62,840 nt of DNA from contig JBMNLH010000006.1 in NCBI GenBank assembly GCA_050952625.1, forward strand, positions 1-62,840, read 5' to 3'. Numbering within the stretch: the stretch's first letter is position 1; every line of letters begins with the position of its first letter. Below the pieces are notes generated by a model. It was not told the origin of the DNA and ran no database searches. It saw only the letters and a program-made list of their open reading frames with translations. This document shows, piece by piece, positions 8,572 to 19,067 of the stretch. Position numbers and translations under genes: made by a program. This stretch comes from Bacillota bacterium (lineage in GTDB: Bacteria > Bacillota > Ch66 > Ch109).

Positions 8572-9668
8572 ATGAACTAGCATTTCGTATAAATTTGCAA
8601 TTTTTTGCCGAGGAAAAAACAGAAGAAGCCACGCCGCACCGCAGGCAAGAAGCGCGGAAAAAGGGTCAGGTATCCAAAAGCACCGATTTGAATGCGGCCC
8701 TTATTTTAGGGGGAGTCCTGCTCTGTTTTTTATGGGGAAACCAGTATTTTACCGGTTCAGTGTTGGGGGTATTTTTGTCTTTACTGGGAGGGGTAAACAA
8801 TACAGATTTTACTGTGCCGGGAGCCATTGCCCTCTTCCGGCAGTGTGCTGTTCTTTTTTTTAAACTCGCGCTGCCTGTGTTTGTAGTGGGAGCGGGTATC
8901 GGATTAATAGCTAGTTTAGCCCAGGTTGGTATTATCTTTGCCCCGGATGCGGTTCGTCCGAAAATGGATAAAATTAACCCCCTGGAGGGTTTTCGCCGGA
9001 TCTTTTCCCGTCGTTCCCTTTTTGAGCTGGTGAAATCGTTACTGAAAGTTGTCGTAGTGGGGATTATCCCGTATTATCTGCTTAAAAAGAGTTTCCCCTG
9101 GTTATTACAGTTTATGTTTTTGGAAATTCCACAGATTTACTCAGTAGTTGCGCAGTTCTTTCTCAAGGTGGCTCTCAGTACGGTAGGCGTATTTCTGCTG
9201 TTGGCGGTTATTGATTATATATGGCAGCGGCGGCAATTCCTGCAGCAGCTCCGGATGTCCAAGCAGGAAGTCAAGGAAGAGTATAAACAGATGGAAGGGG
9301 ATCCCCAGGTGCGGGGGCGGCTGCGTGAGAAACAGCGGACGATGGCCAGGCAAAGGATGATGCAACAGGTACCCCAGGCTACGGTAGTGATTACTAACCC
9401 AACGCATCTAGCCGTGGCTTTGCGTTATGAGCCGGGGGAAACAGCGGCACCGCTGCTAGTGGCTAAAGGTGCCGGTTGGTTGGCCAAAAAAATCATCGAA
9501 CTTGCACGAACAAATAAGATCCCGGTGGTTGAAAACAAGGAGTTGGCTCGGTTTATTTATACGCAGGTGGAAACCGGATTTGAAATTCCATTAGAAATCT
9601 ATCAGGCTGTGGCCGAAACCCTGGCGATGCTTTATCGCCTGGGAAAAATAAAACGGCGGACTACTTAA
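8568..9668 (+). CDS. flhB: Flagellar export switch protein FlhB
   Basis: EKTEEATP..R..ARKKGQV, EGDP, NPTH autocleavage site. Confidence 0.97.
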   Translation: MNELAFRINLQFFAEEKTEEATPHRRQEARKKGQVSKSTDLNAALILGGVLLCFLWGNQYFTGSVLGVFLSLLGGVNNTDFTVPGAIALFRQCAVLFFKLALPVFVVGAGIGLIASLAQVGIIFAPDAVRPKMDKINPLEGFRRIFSRRSLFELVKSLLKVVVVGIIPYYLLKKSFPWLLQFMFLEIPQIYSVVAQFFLKVALSTVGVFLLLAVIDYIWQRRQFLQQLRMSKQEVKEEYKQMEGDPQVRGRLREKQRTMARQRMMQQVPQATVVITNPTHLAVALRYEPGETAAPLLVAKGAGWLAKKIIELARTNKIPVVENKELARFIYTQVETGFEIPLEIYQAVAETLAMLYRLGKIKRRTT

Positions 9669-9690
9669 TTTGTGATCTCAAGGGGGTGGG

Positions 9691-11772
9691 GTGATGGCGG
9701 CTAAAGAGGTGTCTTTCGGTCAGGCAGTCAAACAGTTGGCTTTATACAAAGATTTATTTATTGCGGTACTGATTGCAGGCATCGTTTTCATTATTGTGAT
9801 TCCCCTTCCCCCATTATTGCTGGATATTTTTCTTACTTTAAGTATTACTCTCAGCCTGGTTATATTTTTCACGACAATGTTTACGGCCAGTGCCTTGCAG
9901 TTTTCAATTTTTCCTTCATTATTATTGGTGGTAACTCTTTTTCGTCTTGCTTTAAATATTTCCTCGGCTCGTTTGATTTTAAGTCAGGGCGAGGCGGGTC
10001 AGGTAATTGAGGCATTTGGCAACTTTGTGATTGCAGGCAACTATGTTGTGGGGTTTATCATTTTCGCCATTATTACTATTGTCCAATTTGTGGTAATTAC
10101 CAACGGTGCGGGGAGAGTAGCCGAAGTAGCCGCTCGTTTTACTTTGGATTCCATTCCTGGCAAACAAATGAGTATTGATGCCGATCTCAATGCGGGCTTG
10201 ATTTCGGAAGAAGAAGCCCGGGAACGGCGGCGCAATTTACAGCGGGAGACGGATTTTTACGGGGCTATGGATGGCGCCAGCAAGTTCGTGCGCGGTGATG
10301 CCATCGCCGGCTTAATTATTACTTTGATCAATATTTTAGGGGGGTTGGTTATTGGTATTTGGCAATTAAAATTACCAATAGCTGAGGCCTTGCATACCTA
10401 CACCATACTGACGGTAGGGGACGGCCTGGTTACCCAGATCCCGGCATTATTGGTTTCTACCGGTGCTGGTATTTTAGTAACCAGATCCGGTGCCGAACAA
10501 AACCTGGGGCAGGATTTGTCTCGGCAGCTGACGGCGTTTCCCCGGTTGATTGTTTTAGTAGCCTTGATTCTTCTAGTCTTGGGGCTGGTGCCGGGGTTGC
10601 CCAAGTTACCTTTTTTTCTTCTGGCAGGTGCCACCTGGTACGTGGCCCAAACGTTATTACGTGAAAGCAAACAAGTGGAAACTAGAAAAAAAGAGGAGCA
10701 AATAGTAGCTACACGCCAGCGGCAGCCGGAAAACGTGCTTGGTCTTTTGCAAACAGAACCGTTGGAGGTGGAAATTGGATACAACTTGATCCCGCTGGCT
10801 GATGAAGGGCATGGCGGTGATCTTTTAGAAAGATTGGCGGCGGTGCGGCGTCAATGTGCGCTGGAGTTGGGTATTTTTGTGCGGCCCATTCGTGTCCGTG
10901 ACAATTTGCAATTAACACCCAATAGCTATGTTTTTAAAATCAGGGGGGTGGAGACAGGCCGCGGGGAGATTTTGCCCGGTTACTTTTTAGCGATGGGGAT
11001 TGGTGGTGAAACAGCTCCCATTAAGGGTATCTCTACCAAAGAGCCTACTTTTGGTTTACCGGCCTGGTGGGTTACCCACGAAGAAAAAGATGCAGTGGAG
11101 TTAAGCGGTTATACTGTGGTGGATGCGACTACTGTTTTAGTAACTCACTTGACAGAATTTATCAAAGCACACGCACATGAACTTTTAGGACGGCAGGAAG
11201 TCAAAGAAATGGTGGAAGTTGTTCGGGAAAACAATGCGGCGGCTGTGGAAGAACTGATTCCGGATCTCATGACCATTGGGGAAATACAAAAGGTTTTACA
11301 AAATTTGCTCAAGGAACGGGTGCCTATTCGTAATTTAATTACTATTTTAGAGGGGCTGGCTGATCATGCCCGGCTGAATAAAGATCCTGATTATCTGACA
11401 GAAATGGTTCGCCAGTCTTTATACCGGGTTATTTCTAATTTATATGCTCCTTTGGGAAATTTAAAAGTAATTACCTTGCATCCGGAACTGGAACGGGTTA
11501 TTGCCGAATCTGTTCAGATGACTAGAGAAGGGAATTACCCGGTGCTGGCAGCGGATATAACCCGGCGTTTTATAGAAAAGCTGACCCGTTTAGCGGAAGA
11601 GGTGGCTTTAAGCGGGCAACAACCGGTCATGCTTAGTGCATCTAGGATCAGGCTTCCGTTAAAACGTTTAGTGGAGCGTTTTATTCCCAATCTAGTGGTG
11701 CTGGCCTTTAACGAATTGGCACCCAACTTGGAAGTAGAAGCAGTAGGGACGGTGAGTTTGCTTGAAGATTAA
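9691..11772 (+). CDS. flhA: Flagellar export protein FlhA
   Basis: RVAEVAARFTLD..PGKQMSIDADLNAG; FYGAMDGASKFVRGDA. Confidence 0.98.
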   Translation: MMAAKEVSFGQAVKQLALYKDLFIAVLIAGIVFIIVIPLPPLLLDIFLTLSITLSLVIFFTTMFTASALQFSIFPSLLLVVTLFRLALNISSARLILSQGEAGQVIEAFGNFVIAGNYVVGFIIFAIITIVQFVVITNGAGRVAEVAARFTLDSIPGKQMSIDADLNAGLISEEEARERRRNLQRETDFYGAMDGASKFVRGDAIAGLIITLINILGGLVIGIWQLKLPIAEALHTYTILTVGDGLVTQIPALLVSTGAGILVTRSGAEQNLGQDLSRQLTAFPRLIVLVALILLVLGLVPGLPKLPFFLLAGATWYVAQTLLRESKQVETRKKEEQIVATRQRQPENVLGLLQTEPLEVEIGYNLIPLADEGHGGDLLERLAAVRRQCALELGIFVRPIRVRDNLQLTPNSYVFKIRGVETGRGEILPGYFLAMGIGGETAPIKGISTKEPTFGLPAWWVTHEEKDAVELSGYTVVDATTVLVTHLTEFIKAHAHELLGRQEVKEMVEVVRENNAAAVEELIPDLMTIGEIQKVLQNLLKERVPIRNLITILEGLADHARLNKDPDYLTEMVRQSLYRVISNLYAPLGNLKVITLHPELERVIAESVQMTREGNYPVLAADITRRFIEKLTRLAEEVALSGQQPVMLSASRIRLPLKRLVERFIPNLVVLAFNELAPNLEVEAVGTVSLLED

Positions 11773-12838
11773 GCGCTTTCTTGTTCACTCCATGCCTCAG
11801 GCAATGAAGCAAATCCGGCTGGAATTGGGGAAAGAAGCAGTAATTATCAGTAGCCGTACAGTACGGCGGGGTGGGGTTAGGGGCTTTTTTTTGCCGAAGA
11901 TGTTGGAAGTGACTGCGGCGGCGGAGGATGTTGTTGATGAGCAAAAAACGGCGGAGGAAGGGCAGTGGTTATTAGAGCAGGAACAATTGTTAATAAAACA
12001 GGAGATCGGTGAATTGAAAAAACTAATCCAACAGAAATTAAACACCGCGCCTGACGCCGATGCCCCTGAGAAGTGTTGGGACCTGCTTGCCAGTCTGGAA
12101 ATTAATAAGGAGTTAATTGACAGTTTATTGCAGGGAGTTAGCTTTAGCAACCACGAGGCCGCCGAACTTGATGCGGGGTGGTTTCGTGAATTAATATTAC
12201 CGAAACTAACTACCATGCTGACTACCGAAAATCGGCCTGCCCTTCCTAACCGGATTATGTGTTTTGTCGGACCGACGGGGGTAGGTAAAACCACTACCAT
12301 TGCTAAACTGGCAGCGCATTTTACTTTTTTTCAGCAAAAAAAAGTAGGATTGATTACGCTGGATACTTACCGGATCGGAGCTGTGGATCAATTAAAAACC
12401 TACGGGGAAATAATCGGTATCCCGGTGGAAGTAGCCATGACCCCTCACGATTTAAAACAAGTTGTTGATAAATTTAGAGAAAAGGATATTGTCTTAATTG
12501 ATACCATGGGTTACCCAGCTCAAAACAAAGCGCGGTTGCACGAACTATGCGGATTCTTAAAAGTTATTAAGCCAATCGATAACCATTTGGTGCTGAGTTG
12601 TACTACCAAGTATCAGGACCTTTTAAAGATTGCGCATGATTATAAATTGCTTAAATACAACTATTTGATTTTTACCAAACTTGATGAAACAGATACCTTT
12701 GGGGCCATTTTAAATTTAGTGCATTTAACGAACATCCCGGTAGCTTATATCACCAACGGTCAAAATGTTCCTGAAGCGATTGAACCGGTAACACCGGAAA
12801 AACTGGCAAGGTTGATTTTGGGGGCGGTATCCTTATGA
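11762..12838 (+). CDS. flhF: SRP-family GTPase FlhF
   Basis: GPTGVGKTTTIAKLAA, DTYRIGA, TKLDET, GQNVP. Confidence 0.96.
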   Translation: MKIKRFLVHSMPQAMKQIRLELGKEAVIISSRTVRRGGVRGFFLPKMLEVTAAAEDVVDEQKTAEEGQWLLEQEQLLIKQEIGELKKLIQQKLNTAPDADAPEKCWDLLASLEINKELIDSLLQGVSFSNHEAAELDAGWFRELILPKLTTMLTTENRPALPNRIMCFVGPTGVGKTTTIAKLAAHFTFFQQKKVGLITLDTYRIGAVDQLKTYGEIIGIPVEVAMTPHDLKQVVDKFREKDIVLIDTMGYPAQNKARLHELCGFLKVIKPIDNHLVLSCTTKYQDLLKIAHDYKLLKYNYLIFTKLDETDTFGAILNLVHLTNIPVAYITNGQNVPEAIEPVTPEKLARLILGAVSL

Positions 12839-13710
12839 TTAAAGATCAGGCTACAAAATTAAGAGAACTGGCCAGATCAACAATTACCGGCGAACAAGAA
12901 AAAGAACAATCTACCTTGCGGATTATTACTGTTGCTAGTGGTAAAGGCGGGGTGGGAAAAACTAATGTGATTCTAAACTTGGCAATTGCGTTAGCGCAAA
13001 GAAAACAGCGGGTGGTAATCCTGGATGCCGATCTTGGGCTGGCCAATATTGACGTGCTTATGGGCATTGTGCCGGTATATACCCTGAACGAAGTCCTGAT
13101 CGGCCGGAAGAGTATCAAGGAAATTTTAGTAGAGGGGCCGTATAATATCAAAATTATCCCCGGTGGCTCTGGTATTCAGGAATTAACAAATATTACCATC
13201 CAGCAACAAAAAAATTTAATGGAGGAGTTGCATGTATTTGAACAAGAAGCAGATTATTTGTTTGTGGATACCGGCGGGGGAATTAACAAAAATATTTTAG
13301 GGTTTCTCACGGCGGCCGATGAAGTAATTATTGTGGTAACGCCGGAACCTACTTCGATTACCGATGCTTATACCGTGATAAAAATTCTTTCTCAGTTTCA
13401 GGTGCATACCTCGGTCAACCTGATTGTTAACCGGGTGGCGAACACTTCGGAAGCACAGCAGACTTTGCAGCGCATCAAATTAGTTGCTGAAAAATATTTG
13501 CCGATGAAAATAAAACCGTTAGGTTATATCTTTGACGACCGTTTTGTGATCAAAGCGGTAAAGAGTCAACAGCCGTTGTTAACCCTTTATCCTTATTCGT
13601 CGGCGGCGGCTAATTTTGAAGAGATTGCCCGCAATCTATTAGAAGAAAAAGGGCGGATGCCACGGGGCGTAAAAAGTTTTGTTAAGTATTTAGTGCGTTT
13701 ATTAAGGTAG
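12835..13710 (+). CDS. flhG: MinD-like ATPase FlhG
   Basis: DQA..LR N-terminus; SGKGGVGKT; DADLGLAN; TPEPTSITDAY. Confidence 0.95.
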   Translation: MIKDQATKLRELARSTITGEQEKEQSTLRIITVASGKGGVGKTNVILNLAIALAQRKQRVVILDADLGLANIDVLMGIVPVYTLNEVLIGRKSIKEILVEGPYNIKIIPGGSGIQELTNITIQQQKNLMEELHVFEQEADYLFVDTGGGINKNILGFLTAADEVIIVVTPEPTSITDAYTVIKILSQFQVHTSVNLIVNRVANTSEAQQTLQRIKLVAEKYLPMKIKPLGYIFDDRFVIKAVKSQQPLLTLYPYSSAAANFEEIARNLLEEKGRMPRGVKSFVKYLVRLLR

Positions 13711-13723
13711 GAGTGACCCGTTT

Positions 13724-14416
13724 TTGAAAGATACTAGCGAAATTATAAAAATCAATAGAAAAATTGATGTGGCTAGAGTAGGGGAAAAAGCTTATTATTT
13801 TAGTCAGATTCAGGATGTTACCGACCAATATGTTGCTATTCAGATTCCCTATAGTCAAAAGCTGCCATTAAGATTAGAATCCCAGACAACGGTAGTTGTT
13901 AAAGTTTTTTGTGAAGATGCTCTCTACCGGTTTACTTCGGTAGTGCTTGCTGCAGTAAAAGATACCATTCCGGTTTATTTCCTGGCTTATCCCCAAGAAG
14001 TAGAGCGGGTACAGCTACGCCAACATGTTCGTTTCCCGATAGCCCTCCAATTTTATTATCAAGAGTTGGAACCGGAACCTGAAGAAAGCCCGGATAGCTC
14101 CCTTCCTGATTTAAAAAAAGCTTTATCTATAGATATCAGCGGAGGAGGGATGCAGATACTGGCTGAAACTAGTTTGGCGTTAGGTTCGTTGCTGCATATT
14201 CAGCTTACGATACCTGTTCGGGGCTGCGTTCAGGATATTAGCGTAACAGGCCGGGTGAAACGCAGTATTCAAATTAATGACAACAACTGGCAATGTCAAG
14301 CTGGAATAGCTTTTGAGGATATTACAGAGCGGGACCGGAGCAAAATTATTTCTTTTATCTATAAAAAAATGGTAGAGGCAAGAAACCTTGAACCGGATGC
14401 CGGGGGGCGTAGTTAA
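13724..14416 (+). CDS. YcgR/PilZ c-di-GMP flagellar brake protein
   Basis: Q.RQHVR (RxxxR) and DISGGG (DxSxxG) PilZ motifs. Confidence 0.88.
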   Translation: MKDTSEIIKINRKIDVARVGEKAYYFSQIQDVTDQYVAIQIPYSQKLPLRLESQTTVVVKVFCEDALYRFTSVVLAAVKDTIPVYFLAYPQEVERVQLRQHVRFPIALQFYYQELEPEPEESPDSSLPDLKKALSIDISGGGMQILAETSLALGSLLHIQLTIPVRGCVQDISVTGRVKRSIQINDNNWQCQAGIAFEDITERDRSKIISFIYKKMVEARNLEPDAGGRS

Positions 14417-15192
14417 TGACCGTAGCCGAAACAGCGTCGCTGTGGCAGGCCTATCAAAAAAACCGAAGTCCGCAACTAAGGCACCAAATAATTCTCAATT
14501 ATTTACCTTTAGTAAGATATATTGCCGGACGCCTGGCGGTGAATTTGCCGGTTTATTTAGGCAGGGAAGATTTGATTAGTTATGGAGTACTTGGTTTAAT
14601 AGAAGCGGTAGACCGGTTTGACTGTCAACGGAATATCAAATTTGAAACGTATGCAGTTGCCCGGATTCGCGGTGCTATTTTAGATGGTTTACGTAAAAAC
14701 AGTCTATTGCCCCGGTCTATTTTCCGCAAGCTACGGCAGTTGTCCGAGGTTTATCAGCAATTGCAACATGATGAGCAGGAGGTAAATGATCAAACGCTGG
14801 CAAAAGCCCTGGGAGTTAGCGAAACGGAATTAAGAGAACTGTGGCAGCAACTGCATACGTTATCTGTTCTGTCACTGGAAGATTTTCTGTTGGCGAAGGA
14901 AGGGGATACCAGACGGGTAGGGGAAATGATTACCGATTCCGATAGTCCTGATCCTGAAGGTGTGTATCTTGAACAAGAGTTACACCAGGAATTAATGCAG
15001 GCAATAACTACTCTCGGCGAGCAAGATCGTTTGGTTTTGTCTCTTTCCTATTTTGAGGAGTTGACCTTGAAAGAAATAGGCGCAGTACTGGGAGTATCGG
15101 AATCGCGTGCCTGCCAGTTGCGTACCCGGGCTTTGTTAAAATTGCGTAATAAGCTTGGTGAAAGTGGTAATGTCACCATACGTAGGAGTTGA
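14416..15192 (+). CDS. fliA: FliA/WhiG/SigD family RNA polymerase sigma factor
   Basis: DLISYG.LGL.EA.DRFD...KFETYA..RIRGAILD.LR; LTLKEIG.VLGVSESR..Q. Confidence 0.93.
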   Translation: MTVAETASLWQAYQKNRSPQLRHQIILNYLPLVRYIAGRLAVNLPVYLGREDLISYGVLGLIEAVDRFDCQRNIKFETYAVARIRGAILDGLRKNSLLPRSIFRKLRQLSEVYQQLQHDEQEVNDQTLAKALGVSETELRELWQQLHTLSVLSLEDFLLAKEGDTRRVGEMITDSDSPDPEGVYLEQELHQELMQAITTLGEQDRLVLSLSYFEELTLKEIGAVLGVSESRACQLRTRALLKLRNKLGESGNVTIRRS

Positions 15193-15689
15193 TGCGGGTG
15201 GTTTATCTACTGTTAGGCGTAGGTATGATGATGGTGATTTTTTCCTTAAAACATACTATTAAATACTTTCGTGGGGAGCCCCAAACCGATAGTGAGTACA
15301 TGCGGGCTTACATCAACAAAGGTTACCAATTGCCGGATGCGGACCAGGAGGGCGTATTAGCCGGTTATCAGGAGTTAGGGAAAAGATTAGATTTCCTTGC
15401 TGCTAAAATAGAAAGCTTTAGTTTGCGGGACGAAGCTATCTTTGAGCAAATAGCGCAGCTTAATGAACAAGTTAAGTCGGGACAGCAATTATTGTATAAT
15501 TTAAAATTTGGAAATACTGCTCCGTCTCAGACTTCATCATTTACGGAAGTGCTTGACGCATCTCAACAAAAAGTATTGTATAAAGAAATAAGTGAGGCTT
15601 ATCATGCCGGCAAAGACATCACGCAACTAGCGAGCGAATTTAACCGCGGAAAGGGGGAGATCGAATTAATTTTAAATCTTCGGCCCTAG
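15192..15689 (+). CDS. Membrane-anchored coiled-coil protein with C-terminal HTH-like motif (SwrB/DUF6115-like position)
   Basis: N-terminal TM; C-terminal LASEFNRGKGEIELILNL; follows the sigma gene. Confidence 0.6.
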   Translation: MRVVYLLLGVGMMMVIFSLKHTIKYFRGEPQTDSEYMRAYINKGYQLPDADQEGVLAGYQELGKRLDFLAAKIESFSLRDEAIFEQIAQLNEQVKSGQQLLYNLKFGNTAPSQTSSFTEVLDASQQKVLYKEISEAYHAGKDITQLASEFNRGKGEIELILNLRP

Positions 15690-15691
15690 GT

Positions 15692-16162
15692 CTGAAAATA
15701 AAAAAATTTTCTCCGTTTGTTTTTGGGTTGGGTATCGGTTTAATTCTGGCTTCTTCAATTCTTTATAAAACTGTGGGAACTGTGGCAGTGACCAATCAAG
15801 AGATTGAAGCCAGGGCCCGGGAATTAGGGATGGTCTATCGGGAGGAAGTGGTTGTTTTCCAAGAAGAGCAAAAACAAAACAGTCCCGTGGTGCCACAAAA
15901 CAACAATTCCGTTAGTCCGGTGCCCGAGCAAACACAGCAAAGTCAGGCGCAGGATAGAAATGTAAGAATCATTAAGATACCGCAATATAGCACTTTAACT
16001 TATGTGACAGATCTTCTTTGCCGGGAAGGTGTTATTAAAGATCGTAAGGTTTTTGCCAAACTAGCCAGAGAAAAGAATATTATCAATCGCATTAAGGCAG
16101 GCACATATGAATTTCCAGTGGGGGCTAATCCGGAAGATGTTGTCCGCATGATTTCCAAGTAG
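15692..16162 (+). CDS. Membrane protein with MltG/YceG-like N-terminal domain; start uncertain (CTG 15692 or TTG 15728)
   Basis: GLGIGLIL TM, EIEARARELGMV, IKAGTYEF motif. Confidence 0.65.
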   Translation: MKIKKFSPFVFGLGIGLILASSILYKTVGTVAVTNQEIEARARELGMVYREEVVVFQEEQKQNSPVVPQNNNSVSPVPEQTQQSQAQDRNVRIIKIPQYSTLTYVTDLLCREGVIKDRKVFAKLAREKNIINRIKAGTYEFPVGANPEDVVRMISK

Positions 16163-16190
16163 GGGGAAAGAAAGGAACGGGATAAACGCA

Positions 16191-16946
16191 ATGTTAGAAG
16201 GAATTTATATTGCGAATACAGGGATGAATGTGCAGCAGCGCAAACAGGAATATATCTCTCAAAATTTGAACAATACCGAGACCACGGGATACAAGCGAGA
16301 GACGGTTGCCTGTGAGTCTTTTCCCGAGATGCTTATGCAACGTGTAAGAGGGCAGCGCGCCAGAGACGCGGCTTATATCGGTAGTACCGGCAGGGGTGTC
16401 GCGGTGACACCGCCGGCGGCTAATTTTGAGGCAGGTTCCCTGGTGGAAACGGGTCGTAAAATGGATCTTGCTATTGATGGTGAAGGCTTTTTTGCAGTAA
16501 CTACGGCAGATGGCGTCAGGTATACACGTAATGGTGCTTTTTGTCGTAATGATGCCGGTTATCTGGTTACTGCCGGGGGCGATCCAGTATTAGGTCAAAA
16601 TGGGCAAATACTAGCAAGCGAACAAGTGACGGTAACCGCGGGGGGGGTAATCATGGCTGACGGTGAGGAAGTAGACCGGCTGCTGCTGACTACCTTTGAA
16701 AACTTGGAAGGGTTGCAAAAAACGGACAAGGGTCTTTTTAAGGCTGACAATACTGCAAATCCACGAGTTTCCCAGGAGAGGGTAGTGCTCAAACAGGGTT
16801 TTTTAGAACAGGCCAATGTTGATCTTGCTAGTGAAATGGCGGAAATGGTTACGGTCATGCGTGTTTATGAGCTTAACCAGCGCATGCTGCAGGCACAGGA
16901 TCAGTTGATGGGTAAAAGTATTGAGGAGATCGGAAAATTAAGATAG
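16191..16946 (+). CDS. flgF: Flagellar rod protein FlgF/FlhO family
   Basis: NLNN..T.GYK; DLAIDGEGFF; YTRNGAF; LEQANVD. Confidence 0.8.
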   Translation: MLEGIYIANTGMNVQQRKQEYISQNLNNTETTGYKRETVACESFPEMLMQRVRGQRARDAAYIGSTGRGVAVTPPAANFEAGSLVETGRKMDLAIDGEGFFAVTTADGVRYTRNGAFCRNDAGYLVTAGGDPVLGQNGQILASEQVTVTAGGVIMADGEEVDRLLLTTFENLEGLQKTDKGLFKADNTANPRVSQERVVLKQGFLEQANVDLASEMAEMVTVMRVYELNQRMLQAQDQLMGKSIEEIGKLR

Positions 16947-16974
16947 TTAAATAAATAAGCGAGAAGGGATAGGT

Positions 16975-17745
16975 TTGATTACTAATTTATGGCAAGGGGT
17001 TTCCGGCATGGTGGCTCAACAAACCAGGGTTGATGTGGTCGGGCATAACCTGGCGAATGAGCATACCGTCGGTTTTAAAAGTAATCGTGTTGCTTTTATT
17101 GACCTCTTATCCAGGCGTATAACGCCTGTTGCGAGCCAGGGAACGGCAACGCGGCCATCCTCCGGTTTGATCGGAACTTTGGCACTGGTCATCCCGACTT
17201 TTGACCAGGGGATCATGGTGGAAACCGGAAACCAGGCAGACCTGGCATTGGAGGGTTCCGGTTTTTTTAAGGTTGTCTTACCGGACGGAAGTATAGCTTT
17301 TACCAGAGGGGGCACTTTTAGCCCCAATGCCAATGGCGAATTGATGACAGCAGGCGGGTATTTGCTAGATCCGGTTATAGTTTTGCCACCGGAATGCACT
17401 TCGTATAGTGTGCGTGAAAATGGTGAAGTCCTGGGGGCAGATGTTGACGGTACGGTAACCTCTTTGGGGATGATTGAGGTCTATACCGTCTCTTATCCGG
17501 AGAACATGGCAGCGTTGGGCCGTAATTTGTATACAACTACGCCTGCCAGCGGCCCGGCTATTTTGCATCAAGCCGGGGCTGAGGGGGTGGGGGTGATTAA
17601 GCAAGGCTTTCGTGAACAAGCAGAAGTGGATTTAGTGACAGAACTTACGAATTTGATTGTTGCTACCCGGGCATATGCTGTTAATGCCCGTGCTGTTCAG
17701 GCGGTTGATGAAATGTGGGGGGGGGCTAACAATTTAAGAAAGTAA
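16975..17745 (+). CDS. flgG: Flagellar distal rod protein FlgG/FlhP family
   Basis: SGM.AQQ...DV..HNLAN..T.GFK; DLALEG.GFF; RAY..NAR. Confidence 0.82.
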   Translation: MITNLWQGVSGMVAQQTRVDVVGHNLANEHTVGFKSNRVAFIDLLSRRITPVASQGTATRPSSGLIGTLALVIPTFDQGIMVETGNQADLALEGSGFFKVVLPDGSIAFTRGGTFSPNANGELMTAGGYLLDPVIVLPPECTSYSVRENGEVLGADVDGTVTSLGMIEVYTVSYPENMAALGRNLYTTTPASGPAILHQAGAEGVGVIKQGFREQAEVDLVTELTNLIVATRAYAVNARAVQAVDEMWGGANNLRK

Positions 17746-17772
17746 GAGGTAAAATATAGTGGAGGATGTTTC

Positions 17773-18273
17773 ATGAATGTAGTCACAGGAGCCGAAATAA
17801 AAGTGGGAATTGCCGAATGGCGTGTAGCTAAAAGCCCGAAAAAAGTGGTTACATTAGGACTGGGTTCTTGCGTTGGGGTAACACTTTACGACCGTCTGAC
17901 CAAAATCGGCGGTTTGGCCCATATTATGCTCCCTAACAGCGAACAATTTCCAAACACATCCAATGCTGCCAAATTTGCCGACCTGGCGCTGCCTTTGATG
18001 CTTGAAGAAATGCTTAAACTAGGTATTAACAGGCTTGGTTTGGTGGCAAAGTTAGTCGGGGGGGCGCAAATGTTTTCTTATAACAGCAAGCGAAACGATA
18101 TATTAAATATCGGGGCCCGTAATATTGCCAGTTGCCGGGCGGTCCTATCCAAACTGAATATCAAAATAATTGCAGGAAACACCGGGGGTAATTACGGGCG
18201 TACTATGATTTTCGATACTGAAAATGGTGATGTTTATATTCGAGTGTTAGGTAATCCGATTATTACGATATAA
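17773..18273 (+). CDS. cheD: Chemoreceptor glutamine deamidase CheD
   Basis: TLGLGSCVG...GGLAHIMLP; GGAQMF; IGARN. Confidence 0.95.
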   Translation: MNVVTGAEIKVGIAEWRVAKSPKKVVTLGLGSCVGVTLYDRLTKIGGLAHIMLPNSEQFPNTSNAAKFADLALPLMLEEMLKLGINRLGLVAKLVGGAQMFSYNSKRNDILNIGARNIASCRAVLSKLNIKIIAGNTGGNYGRTMIFDTENGDVYIRVLGNPIITI

Positions 18274-18283
18274 TGGTGATTAA

Positions 18284-19051
18284 ATGGACTTTAATAATTT
18301 CAAAGATAATATTGCGCGTCAATTTGGTCTGAATTTACAAGGTTATAAAGAACAGCAATTAAAGCGGCGGATCGATAGCTTGATGTTGCGCCTGCAAGTA
18401 GATGATTACCGGCAGTATTTTCAAATGCTGGTCCGTAATGAAGAACTTTGGCACGGATTTTTAGATAAAATTACGATAAACGTTTCCGAATTCTTTCGCA
18501 ATCCGGAGATTTTTGCCTTATTGGAAAAGGAAATTTTGCCGAAAATCTTAGCTGCCGGCAGTTACTTGAAAATTTGGAGCGCTGCTTGCTCTAACGGGTC
18601 AGAACCTTATTCCGTAGCTATTATTCTTGCGGAAATAGCGCCGGCAACCCGCTATCAACTTGATGCCTCAGACATTGATGCCAAGATATTGGCACAGGCA
18701 CGTCAGGGGAAATATCCGCCACAGGTGTTAAAAAACGTTTCTGAGTCCCGTTTAACGCGTTATTTTACCAGTCAGAACGGTTTCTATTTCTTAAAAGAAC
18801 AGATTAAACGCAAGGTGTCATTTAAGCATCATGATCTTCTTACCGAAACTTATGGCACCGGTTACGATTTAATTATTTGTCGCAATGTTACCATCTACTT
18901 TACTAGAGAAATGCAACTTAAGCTTTATCGTCAATTTCATCGTTCTTTAAAATCCGGAGGGGTCTTGTTTATTGGGGCTACTGAAAGCATTTTATCTTAC
19001 CGAGAACTGGGTTATGAGAAAATCTACCCCTGGTTTTATCGAAAAATATAA
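18284..19051 (+). CDS. cheR: Chemotaxis methyltransferase CheR
   Basis: TINVSEFFRN, WSAACSNG.EPYS, DLIICRNV.IYF. Confidence 0.96.
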   Translation: MDFNNFKDNIARQFGLNLQGYKEQQLKRRIDSLMLRLQVDDYRQYFQMLVRNEELWHGFLDKITINVSEFFRNPEIFALLEKEILPKILAAGSYLKIWSAACSNGSEPYSVAIILAEIAPATRYQLDASDIDAKILAQARQGKYPPQVLKNVSESRLTRYFTSQNGFYFLKEQIKRKVSFKHHDLLTETYGTGYDLIICRNVTIYFTREMQLKLYRQFHRSLKSGGVLFIGATESILSYRELGYEKIYPWFYRKI

Positions 19052-19067
19052 GAAAAGGGAGAAGACG

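Noticed and set aside
17717-17725. G9 tract in flgG as a phase-variation switch
   Set aside because: In frame and explained by Trp-Gly-Gly-Ala codons; no evidence of variation from one sequence.
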